The translations under genes and the position numbers were made by a program. Positions 47,642-56,765 of a stretch of 64,000 nt of DNA are shown in pieces; the first letter of the stretch is position 1, and each line of letters starts with the position of its first letter. A model generated the notes under the pieces. It made no database searches. It saw nothing but the letters and a program-made list of their open reading frames with translations, and had not been told where the DNA came from. This stretch comes from Trueperaceae bacterium (GTDB lineage: Bacteria; Deinococcota; Deinococci; Deinococcales; Trueperaceae), in assembly GCA_965214405.1 (NCBI GenBank), contig OZ243956.1:352001-416000 (forward strand). The letters are read 5' to 3'.

Positions 47642-48700
47642 TTAGGTTAGCGTCTCGAGCACCGCGTCCGTAAATTCCTCTGTTGACGCCTTTCCCCCCA
47701 AATCTCGGGTCAGGGTGGTTCCGGCCTCGAGCACCGCCTCGACCGCCCCCAGCATCGCCTCAGCCGCTTCTTTTTGTCCCAGATGGTCCAGCATCATGCT
47801 CGCCGTCCAGATGGCCGCGACGGGATTGGCGACGCCCTGGCCCGCGATGTCGGGGGCGGAGCCGTGGACGGGTTCGAACATGCTCGGATAGTCTCCTGAG
47901 GGGTTGATGTTACCGCCCGGCGCGACGCCCATGCCGCCCACGACGGCGGGTCCCAAATCCGAAAGAATATCGCCGAAGAGGTTGCTCGCCACCACCACGT
48001 CGAAACTCTGGGGACGCCCCACAAAATGCGCGCTCAGGATGTCGATGTGATACTGGTCGGTCCGCACGTCGGGGTAGTCCTGATGAACCGCGCGAAAGCG
48101 TTCGTCCCAAAAGGGCATGGTGTGAATGATGCCGTTCGATTTGGTCGCCGAGGTCAGGTGCTGGCGGCGCTCTCGCGCACGCTCAAAGGCGTAGCGCATC
48201 ACCCGGTCCACGCCGCGCCGCGTAAAAATCGTCTGCTGCACGACGGTTTCATGCTCGGTGCCCTCGTAAAGCCGCCCGCCGATTTCGGAATACTCGCCCT
48301 CGTTGTTTTCGCGCACAATAAAAAAGTCGATGTCACCAGGCTTGACGTTTTTGAGCGGCGACTCGATACCCTTTAAGAGCCTCACCGGGCGCACGTTGAC
48401 GTACTGCTCGAAAGAGCGCCGGATGGGAATCAAGAGCCCCCAGAGCGACACGTGGTCGGGCACGTTTCTGTAGCCCACCGCGCCCAGGAAAATGTCGTCA
48501 AAGTCGCGTAGACGCTCGAGCCCATCCTCCGGCATCATGCGGCCCGTTCGGCGGTAGGTCTCACAGGAGTAGTCGAATGTTTTGTACTCGAGCCCGAAGC
48601 CGTGCGACGCCGCTACTTTATCGAGGACCCGCACGGACGCGGGGATGACTTCGTTGCCGATGCCGTCACCCGGAATGAGGGCGATGCGGTAGGTGGTCAT
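47642..48700 (-). CDS. ttuC: Tartrate dehydrogenase / D-malate dehydrogenase (decarboxylating)
   Basis: IPGDGIG, VPDHVSLWGLLIPIRR, RENNEGEYS, ATKSNGI, EPVHGSAPDIAG. Confidence 0.92.
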   Translation of the reverse strand: MTTYRIALIPGDGIGNEVIPASVRVLDKVAASHGFGLEYKTFDYSCETYRRTGRMMPEDGLERLRDFDDIFLGAVGYRNVPDHVSLWGLLIPIRRSFEQYVNVRPVRLLKGIESPLKNVKPGDIDFFIVRENNEGEYSEIGGRLYEGTEHETVVQQTIFTRRGVDRVMRYAFERARERRQHLTSATKSNGIIHTMPFWDERFRAVHQDYPDVRTDQYHIDILSAHFVGRPQSFDVVVASNLFGDILSDLGPAVVGGMGVAPGGNINPSGDYPSMFEPVHGSAPDIAGQGVANPVAAIWTASMMLDHLGQKEAAEAMLGAVEAVLEAGTTLTRDLGGKASTEEFTDAVLETLT

Positions 48701-49590
48701 ATGGAACCTACTTTCACAGGTCGGGCCTCTCTTTGAGTACGAGCTTCAAAGGTGCGCGTAAAGAGGTCGTAAAGCCGTTCGTTCGCCTCAAAGCCGATGC
48801 CCGGCGCGTCGGTTAAAGAAACCACGCCGTTCTCGACGGGGGTGCTTTCGGGAAAAGAGCCGAAGGGCGCGAACACTTCAGGATAGGCTTCGTTGCCGCC
48901 CAGACCCAAACCCGCCGCGATGTGAAGCGCAAAAGCGTGCCCGCCGTGCGGGACGCAGCGCGCTCGAGGCCAGCCGTGCTGCGACAGCACCCCCAACATC
49001 TTAAGGTATTCGACCAGGCCGTAAGAGAGCACCGGGTCCATCTGCAACACGTCGCGGTCGGGGCGTAAGCAGGCGTAGCGGAGCAAATTGCGGACGTCCT
49101 GGTGCGAAAAGAGGTTTTCGCCCGTCGCCAGCGGGGGCGCGTAAGCCTCGCTCAGCGCCGCTTGCAAGGCGTAGTCGAGGGAATCGCCCGCTTCTTCAAA
49201 CCACCGCAAGCCGTAGGGCTCGAGGGCCTCCGCGTAGGAAAGCGCGTCACGCAAGTTGAATCTGCCGTTCGCGTCCACCGCGAGGCGCGCGGGGTCGCCC
49301 ACGAGGTCCAGCACGGCTTCGACTCGTTTCATATCTTCACCCAACGTCACCCCGCCTATTTTCATTTTAACGGTTGTGAACCCTTGCGCCAGATAACCCC
49401 GCATCTCCTCACGAAGGGCGTCCAGGCTTTTGGACCCGTGATAGTAACCGCCCGCCGTGTAGACCGCGACCTTTTGCCCCGGCTCGCCCCCTCCGTAACG
49501 CTCGGCCGAGAGGGTGGCGAGGGGTTGACGCTCGAGTTTTACCGCAACATCCCACAGCGCCATGTCGAGCACGCCCACGGAAGCTAAACG
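48697..49590 (-). pseudogene. tarD: 5'-truncated D-tartrate dehydratase-like enolase-superfamily gene
   Basis: Matches TarD from VGVLDMALWD onward (AGGYY, KMKIGG, VDANGRF, TGENLFSHQD, PHGGH, GGNEAYP). The ORF's first ~70 codons look unrelated and roughly 100 N-terminal residues appear missing. Confidence 0.75.
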
Positions 49591-50246
49591 TTCCCGATTT
49601 TCGAGGGGAACCCACGATAAACCTAAAAGCTGAACGCACGCTGCGTTACGCCGTGTAGTGGCAGCCTTCGCTCCGTAATTCAAACGCCGCCTTAAAGAAG
49701 CGGCTGCACATTTCACAGACAAGGCAAGAAAATCTTGACAAAGCCGTAAAAATGTCGTGACAACTTCTCTTCTACATTCTTTTTGGGCAGGCATCCTGCA
49801 TTACGACCTCACACTCCCACCTCTCTTCTAAGACGCCCCCGGCCCTTGTGCTGGGGGTTCTTTCCTTCTTCACAAGGGGGCTCGAGAAGAACCAACCCGC
49901 GCAACTCGCACAGGGGAAAGAGAATAAAAGGGTGTTGCTTTTACAACTTTTTACATGTAAAAAGAGCAACAAAGAACCCCACGGAGGAGAGCGCGGGGTC
50001 TTAGAGAGGAGGTGGAAGCGGGGCGTGGGGGGCTCCCCGTGTCCAAAACCTCATCCTAGCGGCGGGGCTTTTACAAAATTCTTACGCTAAAGCTACCGAC
50101 CGAAGATCGCACGAAGCACTTGAGGTTCGCAGCAAAGAGTGTGGCGTCCTTTTCACGGTCGTAATAAATAGCGCTTTTAGGAAAGAATTTTTCTAACCTT
50201 GTTTGGATTAATGCCAATTAGACGACGCAACGTTGTCGCACGGGTT

Positions 50247-50516
50247 TCACTTATTTCCAGTCAATACTGATACCAGGTCGCTAAAATCACACGTAACATC
50301 TTAATTGACAAACGCGAGAACATTTGGGTACTTTTGGCCCTTGTTCACTGCATCAAACTGTTTTACAGCCTGGTGGATATCATCTGTGAGCCTATTAAAG
50401 GTCGGGTCACTGGTCAAATTGTCTATGACCTCACCGGGCGAGGCGTCTGTTACTGACTTCTCGAGCCGCATTACTTCTCTCTGTTCTCTGCTGGCACCCG
50501 CTACCCCATCAACCAA
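50247..50516 (-). pseudogene. Fragment of a hypothetical protein gene with an internal stop
   Basis: DPTFNRLTDDIHQAVKQFDAVN...PNVLAFVN*DVTCDFSDLVSVLTGNK*; protein-like sequence continues past the TAA at 50301-50303. Confidence 0.5.
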
Positions 50517-50550
50517 GGAAGTTCGGACCCCTATAGAAACACAAACAGAA

Positions 50551-50583
50551 AAGAGTGGCTAAGCGCAGAGCTTAGCCACTCTT
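50551..50583 (-). terminator. Intrinsic terminator downstream of tRNA-Pro
   Basis: Perfect 14-bp stem AAGAGTGGCTAAGC-GCAGA-GCTTAGCCACTCTT with a T-rich tail on the minus strand. Confidence 0.85.
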
Positions 50584-50611
50584 CATTTTACCGTCCTAGA
50601 CGGTATTTCTT

Positions 50612-50688
50612 TGGTCGGGGTGGCCAGATTTGAACTGACGACCACTTGACCCCCAGTCAAGTGCGCTACCAGGCTGCGCTACACCCCG
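50612..50688 (-). tRNA. tRNA-Pro(GGG)
   Basis: CGGGGTGTAGCGCAGCCTGGTAGCGC...CTTGA-CTGGGGG-TCAAG...GTTCAAATC...CCCCGACCA. 77 nt with encoded CCA. Confidence 0.97.
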
Positions 50689-50769
50689 TCTTTCACGGTT
50701 TTTCGTGATGCGCACACCACGACAACCGCTCGAGAGTCTACCACCCAAAGAGGAAAAAATGCAAGAATG

Positions 50770-51309
50770 TCAAACTTTTTTGGATTGACGCACCCTCACC
50801 CGCGCCAGCTCGAGCCCCCGCTTGGGCAGCCTCAGCGCCCCTTGCACCTCGTCGTAGGTCGCCGTAAACTCGAACACCGCCGCCTGGAGGTCCGAAAGCG
50901 CGCTCACCACGTCTTCTTTTTTGCTGCTGCCCCTGAGCAGGCTTTCTTCTCGAGCCGCCTCGAGGCCCTTAACCCGCTCCAAAAGCGCCTTGCCGCTCTC
51001 GCTCAAGTAGACTGTTTTCTGGCCCCTGGCGCTTTCTTGCTCCTCCAGACGCGCCGCCCGCCAGCGCTTAAGCGCCTCATCATCGGCAAAAGAAAAGTCC
51101 ACCACGTCGTAATCTTTCGTGAGCTTCTTGTCCTCGCCCTCGACGAGGCGTATCCAGGCGTTCATGGTCGTAGGGAGCGAGTGGCCTTCTAAATTGAGTT
51201 CTCCTTTTTGCACCGCCCCCTTCGCCTCTTCGTAAAAGCGTTTGACGGCGCGGCGGTTACGAATTTGGAGCGCATTCTCCTCGATAAGGTCGCTAAATTT
51301 CACTGGCAT
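50770..51309 (-). CDS. Hypothetical protein (charged, helical)
   Basis: 179-aa ORF with AGGAGG SD and host-like composition. Confidence 0.75.
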   Translation of the reverse strand: MPVKFSDLIEENALQIRNRRAVKRFYEEAKGAVQKGELNLEGHSLPTTMNAWIRLVEGEDKKLTKDYDVVDFSFADDEALKRWRAARLEEQESARGQKTVYLSESGKALLERVKGLEAAREESLLRGSSKKEDVVSALSDLQAAVFEFTATYDEVQGALRLPKRGLELARVRVRQSKKV

Positions 51310-51411
51310 GAAAAACCCTCCTAAAACGTCACCTTACCGCGTCACCACGAGGATTGGAGTTATCCGTTTTGGTCATCGTCTACGTTCTTTGGTGGCGAGA
51401 TACAATCCCTC

Positions 51412-52026
51412 ATGGACGAAGACGAACTTCTGGACGTTCTCTCCCCCGACGGCGCGCCCACGGGGGAGCGCAAGGCTCGAGCCGCCATCCACCGCGACGG
51501 CGACTTACACCGCGCCTTTCACCTGTGGATTGTCAAGGAGGGGCGTTATGTCCTTTTCCAACGGCGCTCGCAGCACAAAAGTTTGGAGCCCAACAAGCTC
51601 GACGTCACGGTGGGCGGTCACTTCGGCGCGGGTGAGACCGTTAGCGAAGTGCTCCGCGAAACAGAGGAGGAAATCGGCCTCACTGTCACATTGCCGGAGC
51701 TTTATCACTTGGAGACGCGGCGGGTGGAGCGCCGTTATCCAGATGCGGTAGACCGCGAGATTCAAGAGGTCTACGTCATGCGGTGCGACAAGCCGCTGAA
51801 CGAATATTTTCTTCTGCCCAAAGAGGTGTACGTCCTATACGAAGTGCCGCTGCTCCGCGCGTTGGCCCTTTACAAGGACGGCGCGCACGTGGCAGCGGCT
51901 GGGTACGACTGTTACGGACGTAAAAACGACGCGTTGCTTGTTAAGGACGACACGATTGAGCAGGCAAGGGAGGACACCGTGAGGGCCTTGGAGCTTGTGC
52001 GGGGGTGGCTCGAGCACACTTCCTAA
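51412..52026 (+). CDS. NUDIX hydrolase (IPP-isomerase-like subfamily)
   Basis: HRDGDLHRAFHLW, FQRRS, GGHFGAGE...LRETEEEIGL Nudix box. Leaderless TACAAT-N5-ATG. Confidence 0.88.
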   Translation: MDEDELLDVLSPDGAPTGERKARAAIHRDGDLHRAFHLWIVKEGRYVLFQRRSQHKSLEPNKLDVTVGGHFGAGETVSEVLRETEEEIGLTVTLPELYHLETRRVERRYPDAVDREIQEVYVMRCDKPLNEYFLLPKEVYVLYEVPLLRALALYKDGAHVAAAGYDCYGRKNDALLVKDDTIEQAREDTVRALELVRGWLEHTS

Positions 52027-52039
52027 CGCTCGCCCAACG

Positions 52040-53722
52040 TTAGCCCTCCAAAACCGTCGGCACAATCAAAGGATTACGCCCCGTCGCCTTGCGCAGGTAG
52101 CGCCTTACCGGGTAGAAGATGTCGTCGCGGATGTCGCCCAAGCGGCGCTTTTCGCGGATGCCCTTTTGAAGACCGTCCATCGCAATCTTTTCGATCTCGG
52201 CGTGGAGCTCGCGGTGGTTGGGGGCCACGCCGCGGCTGATGACCTCGACGCTCGGTTGCTTGCCCGCGAGCGCCATGATGACGACCACGCCGTCGCTCGA
52301 TAAGGTCTGCCGGTCGCGGATGACGGGCTCGGTAATCTCCTCGCCGACCTTGCCCATGTTGTCGATGAAAATGACGCCCGAGTCGATTTGACCGACTTTG
52401 CGGAGGTCGTCTCGAGAGAGCTCCAAAATGTCACCGTTCTCTGCGATGAGGCTCTTTTGCGGCGGGTTGCTCATCCCCTCGGCCAGCTTGACGTGATTCA
52501 CCTGGTGGCGCACCTCGCCGTGCCAGGGGATAAAAAACTTGGGCCGGGTGAGGTCCAGGATGAGCTTGAGTTCCTCTTGCGAGGCGTGCCCCGAGGCGTG
52601 AACTTTGTAGGTGGGCGGGTAGTAAACGTTGACGCCCAGCGCGTAAAGCTGGTTGATCACGCGCCCCACCGCCTCCTCGTTGCCGGGGATGGGGTTGGAC
52701 GACATGATGACCGTGTCCCCCGCCTTGAGCGAGATTTTGCGGTGCGTCCGGGAGGCCAAGCGCGACAGGGCCGCCATCGGCTGCCCCTGCGAGCCGGTGC
52801 ATAAGAAGAGCACCTTGTCATCTGCTAAGTCGTTCATCTGGTCGGTGCTGACCAGCGGCTCTTTGACTTCTAAGTACCCCAGTTCTTGCGCAATCGTCGT
52901 GTTCTTAATCATCGAGCGACCCTCGATGACCACCCGGCGGTCGTAGCGTTCGGCCACGCGGACGAAGTTTTGCAGCCGGTGGACGTGCGACGAAAAGGTG
53001 GTGACGATAACGCGGCCTCTGGTCTTCGAGACGATCTGGTCCACCGCGTTCATCACGTCGCGTTCCGACGGGGTGTAGCCGGGGCGCTCGGCGTTGGTCG
53101 AGTCGGAAATAAGCGCCAAGACGCCCTCTTCGCCCGCCTGCGCGAGCTTGTGCAGGTGGCTCGTTTTGCCGTCCGCGGGGTTGTAGTCGAGCTTGAAGTC
53201 GCCCGTGTGGACGATGCGCCCGATGGGCGTGTGGATGATCAAACCCGAGTTGTCGGGGATGGAGTGGGTCATGCGGAAATAGTCCACGGTAAAGTATTTG
53301 CTGAGCTTGATGCGCTCGTCCGTGGTGATTTCGCGCAGGTCCACGTCGCTCTCTTTAAGCTTGAACTCCTCAAACTTGCCGCGCAGGAGGCCCAGCGTAA
53401 GCTTCGCGCCGTACATCGGGATTTTGGGCAGGAGTTTGAGCATGTAGGGCAGCCCGCCGATGTGGTCCTCGTGGCCGTGGGTGAGGACCCAGCCCTTGAT
53501 TTTGGCGGCGTTCTCGACCACCCAGTCGATTTTGGGCACCAAGATGTCCACGCCAAGCATGTCGGCGTCGGGAAAGGCCAGACCGCCGTCGATGAGCATA
53601 ATCTCGTCTTCGTACTCCAGCGCGAACATGTTTTTGCCGATTTCGCCCATCCCGCCGATGGGGATGATGCGGATATTTTTCTCGCGGCTTTTGCCGCTCT
53701 GTCTTCTCTGGTTGCGTGCCAT
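52040..53722 (-). CDS. rnj: Ribonuclease J
   Basis: GGMGEIGKN, THGHEDHIG, HSIPD, HTGDFK, TGSQGQPMAAL, HASGH. AAAGGAG SD before the ATG at 53722. Confidence 0.96.
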   Translation of the reverse strand: MARNQRRQSGKSREKNIRIIPIGGMGEIGKNMFALEYEDEIMLIDGGLAFPDADMLGVDILVPKIDWVVENAAKIKGWVLTHGHEDHIGGLPYMLKLLPKIPMYGAKLTLGLLRGKFEEFKLKESDVDLREITTDERIKLSKYFTVDYFRMTHSIPDNSGLIIHTPIGRIVHTGDFKLDYNPADGKTSHLHKLAQAGEEGVLALISDSTNAERPGYTPSERDVMNAVDQIVSKTRGRVIVTTFSSHVHRLQNFVRVAERYDRRVVIEGRSMIKNTTIAQELGYLEVKEPLVSTDQMNDLADDKVLFLCTGSQGQPMAALSRLASRTHRKISLKAGDTVIMSSNPIPGNEEAVGRVINQLYALGVNVYYPPTYKVHASGHASQEELKLILDLTRPKFFIPWHGEVRHQVNHVKLAEGMSNPPQKSLIAENGDILELSRDDLRKVGQIDSGVIFIDNMGKVGEEITEPVIRDRQTLSSDGVVVIMALAGKQPSVEVISRGVAPNHRELHAEIEKIAMDGLQKGIREKRRLGDIRDDIFYPVRRYLRKATGRNPLIVPTVLEG

Positions 53723-53960
53723 AGGTCTCCTTTGGTCCCGCATGGTGAGGTGGGGGCGCTTGTAACACCCGCTACCGTGATGCGGTCCCCCGTTTGGGCT
53801 CGAGGGGTAGCGTTTTTTCTGTTTGTAAAACGGTGTGAGGGTGAGCCTGAGTCAGGCTACCGGATGATGGGTTGTAAGGGTATAAAGAAACGAGGATGTG
53901 AGGCAAGCTCTCGAGAGTCCACGACTAGACTAAGTGAACCCTCGAGTTGCCAGTCAGACG

Positions 53961-56165
53961 CTAGCGCCGACTGCCGCGGTCACCGCGGCCTCGGTCGCCA
54001 CCGCGGTCACCGCGACCCTCGCCGCGACCACGCCCGCCGCCCCCACCACCCGAACGGCGCGGGGCGATTTTGCCCTCCAACTCGGGCCGGACTAAGTCGA
54101 TTTTGCCCCGGTCGTCAATCGTATTGACCTTGACCTGGAGCGTGTCGCCCACCTTGAGGTAATCGTCAACGCTCTCGACGCGCTCTTCAGCGATCTGCGA
54201 AATGTGCAGCAGGCCGTCGGTGCCGGGAAAGAGCGTCACGAACGCGCCGAAGTCGAGCGTCTTGGCGACTTTACCCTCATAGACCTTGCCCACCTCGGCG
54301 GTGGCGGTGAGACCTTCGATTTGTGCCTTGACCCGTTTCGCGGCTTCAGAGTCCTCGCTGTAGATGCGCACCAAACCGTCCTCGGCGATGTCGATTTGCG
54401 CGCCGTAGGCTTCCAGTTCACGGATTTGCTTGCCGCCCGGCCCGATGACCGCGCCGATTTTTTCGGTGGGAATCTGCACCGTCATGATGCGTGGAGCGCG
54501 CTCGGACACCTCTTGGCGCGGGGCACCCAGCGCCTCGTCCATAAGCCCTAAAATGTGCAAGCGGCCCGTTTTGGCCTGCTCGAGCGCCGCTTGCATAATG
54601 GGCGGGGTGATGCCCTTGATTTTGATGTCCATTTGCAGCGCGGTCACGCCGTCGCGGGTGCCCGTCACCTTGAAGTCCATGTCGCCGAGCGCGTCTTCGG
54701 AGCCCAAAATGTCGCTCAGGATTTTGTAATCATCCTCTTTCACCAGCCCCATCGCAATGCCCGCGACGGGCTTTTTGAGGGGCACGCCCGCGTCCATCAT
54801 GCTTAACGAACTCGCGCACACCGACGCCATCGAAGACGAGCCGTTGGACTCAAACGTTTCGGCGACCACGCGAATCACGTAAGGGAACGTTTCTTGGTCC
54901 GGCACCATACGTTCTAACGACCGCCGCGCCAAGTTGCCGTGACCGAGTTCGCGTCTCGAGGTGCCGCGCAGCCGTTTGGCCTCACCCGTCGAAAAGGGCG
55001 GGAAGTTGTAGTGAAGCATAAATTCTTCGGAATTTTCCAGACCCAAATCGTCCACGAGCCGGTTGTCCTTGCCCGTGCCGAGCGTGGTCACGCCCAAAAC
55101 TTGCGTTTCGCCCCGCGTAAAAACCGCTGAACCGTGGGCGGTGGGCAGAGGCCCGACTTCAATCCAAATAGGGCGGATGTCCTCGGGCGAACGCCCGTCC
55201 GAGCGCAGGTTTTCTTCCAAGACCATCCGGCGCAACTCGCGCTGTTCGGCCTTGCCAAAGGCCCCCTTGAGTTCTCGCAGCCTCTCCCCGGCTCCTTCGG
55301 CTTCGGGGTCGGGCACGAGGCGCTCCAAAATCCCGTTACGAAGCTCTTTCATCCGCGCGCTCCGGTCGTGCTTGCCCTTGGTGAGGAGCGCGTCGCGGAG
55401 GCCCGCTTCTTGCGCCTCGCGGACCATCATCTCGACGTCGTCGGGAGAAAGTTCGACAGCGGGCTCAAAGGACGCTTTGGGCTCACCCACGTCCTTACGC
55501 ATCTGCTCGATGATGCTGAACACGCCCGCCATTTCGCGCTGGGCAAACTCGATCGCGCCGACCATCACGTCTTCGGAGAGTTCCGCCGCGCCGCCCTCGA
55601 CCATCAAGACCGCGTCACGGGTGCCCGCGACGGTCAGCTCGAGCGCCGACGCCTCCAACTGTTGCAGCGTCGGGTTGAGCACGTAGTCGCCGTTTATATA
55701 GCCGACGCTGACGCAGGCCGTGGGACCGTCCCAGGGAACGTCGCTCATCATCAGCGCCGCCGACGCGCCGACGGCGGCGAGGGGCGCGGGGTCGTTCTCC
55801 TGGTCCGCGGCGAGCACGGTGATGATGATTTGCACCTCGTTGCGTAATCCCTTGGGAAAGAGGGGCCGAATCTGCCGGTCGGTGATGCGGGCGTTCAGAA
55901 TCGCCTGATTACCGGGCCGCCCCTCGCGGCGCATGAACGAGCCGGGGATTTTGCCGATCGCGTAGTGGCGCTCTTCGTACTCGACGGTGAGGGGCAAAAA
56001 GTCCATCGGCGACGCGCCGCCCATCTGCGCGGTCACGAGCACCAGCGTGTCGCCGTAGCGCACCGTGACGCTGCCCGAGACCTGCTTGGCGTATTTGCCC
56101 GTCTCGAGCACAAGCTCACGCCCGCCCAACTGGGTGGTGTAACGTTTAGGTTGTGGAATAGTCAC
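53961..56165 (-). CDS. pnp: Polyribonucleotide nucleotidyltransferase (PNPase)
   Basis: [38 protein letters not shown] and S1 domains, Arg/Gly-rich tail. Confidence 0.98.
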   Translation of the reverse strand: MTIPQPKRYTTQLGGRELVLETGKYAKQVSGSVTVRYGDTLVLVTAQMGGASPMDFLPLTVEYEERHYAIGKIPGSFMRREGRPGNQAILNARITDRQIRPLFPKGLRNEVQIIITVLAADQENDPAPLAAVGASAALMMSDVPWDGPTACVSVGYINGDYVLNPTLQQLEASALELTVAGTRDAVLMVEGGAAELSEDVMVGAIEFAQREMAGVFSIIEQMRKDVGEPKASFEPAVELSPDDVEMMVREAQEAGLRDALLTKGKHDRSARMKELRNGILERLVPDPEAEGAGERLRELKGAFGKAEQRELRRMVLEENLRSDGRSPEDIRPIWIEVGPLPTAHGSAVFTRGETQVLGVTTLGTGKDNRLVDDLGLENSEEFMLHYNFPPFSTGEAKRLRGTSRRELGHGNLARRSLERMVPDQETFPYVIRVVAETFESNGSSSMASVCASSLSMMDAGVPLKKPVAGIAMGLVKEDDYKILSDILGSEDALGDMDFKVTGTRDGVTALQMDIKIKGITPPIMQAALEQAKTGRLHILGLMDEALGAPRQEVSERAPRIMTVQIPTEKIGAVIGPGGKQIRELEAYGAQIDIAEDGLVRIYSEDSEAAKRVKAQIEGLTATAEVGKVYEGKVAKTLDFGAFVTLFPGTDGLLHISQIAEERVESVDDYLKVGDTLQVKVNTIDDRGKIDLVRPELEGKIAPRRSGGGGGGRGRGEGRGDRGGDRGRGDRGSRR

Positions 56166-56279
56166 TCTGTCTCCTTTGAGTCCTGCGTTTCACAAAATAG
56201 CCCCGCATATGGGTTGTGCGTCACTTCATAGACTTGACGAACTTACGTCAAGCTTAAACGCAACATAATCAAGTAAAGA

Positions 56280-56300
56280 GCGAGGCCGGAGACGCCTCGC
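56280..56300 (-). terminator. Probable rpsO terminator hairpin
   Basis: GCGAGGC...GCCTCGC, followed by TCTTTACTT on the minus strand. Confidence 0.55.
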
Positions 56301-56351
56301 CCGATACACCTCTACTTTTTGGACGCTTCCGTAAGAAATCCCAAAAACATG

Positions 56352-56621
56352 CTAGCGACGCAGACCAAGGCGTCCGATAAGCTCCTTGTAGCCTTCGTAG
56401 TTGTTTTGCTCGAGATACCGCAACAGCCGCTTGCGCCGCCCCACCATCGTGAGGAGTCCGCGGCGACCGTGGTGGTCTTTGCGGTTGCTTTGCAGGTGAC
56501 CGCTAAGCGACTCGATTTGCGCGGTGAGGAGCGCAACTTGAACTTCGGTGGAGCCGCTGTTCGTTTCGCTGCCGCCAAACTCGCGGATGATTTCGGCTTT
56601 TCTTTCTTTGGCCAGTGCCAT
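56352..56621 (-). CDS. rpsO: 30S ribosomal protein S15
   Basis: GSTEVQVALLT...KDHHGRRGLL...RKRLLRYL...LGLRR. Upstream of pnp. Confidence 0.98.
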   Translation of the reverse strand: MALAKERKAEIIREFGGSETNSGSTEVQVALLTAQIESLSGHLQSNRKDHHGRRGLLTMVGRRKRLLRYLEQNNYEGYKELIGRLGLRR

Positions 56622-56719
56622 CTAAATACCTCCGTGGAAGGGGATTTATATCCCTCACCTCCAGGTAAGCCGCAGCAGACGCCCGATAGATGAGCGCGAA
56701 CCCCGACTCCCAACTTGCT

Positions 56720-56749
56720 ACTCTAGCATAGGCGCGCGTGGAGGAGCAA
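56720..56749 (-). promoter_or_regulatory. Predicted rpsO promoter
   Basis: TTGCTC-18 bp-TAGAGT with a TGn extended -10. Confidence 0.6.
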
Positions 56750-56765
56750 ATGTGGATGACCAGGC

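Noticed and set aside
49591..49794. N-terminal ~70 aa of the 365-aa ORF as real coding sequence
   Set aside because: No resemblance to the enolase-family N-terminal domain and atypical composition; treated as chance open frame.
50301..50303. Programmed stop-codon readthrough
   Set aside because: The stop is TAA in a short fragment that ends again 18 codons later; decay is the simpler explanation.
50612..50630. Intact tRNA-integrated prophage or ICE
   Set aside because: No integrase, phage genes or duplicated att sequence were noticed by eye in this window.
52886..54127. 413-aa plus-strand ORF
   Set aside because: Antisense to rnj and pnp with no motifs; a codon-bias artefact.
56312..56713. 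133-aa and 124-aa ORFs overlapping rpsO
   Set aside because: Alternative-frame and antisense shadows of the unambiguous S15 gene.
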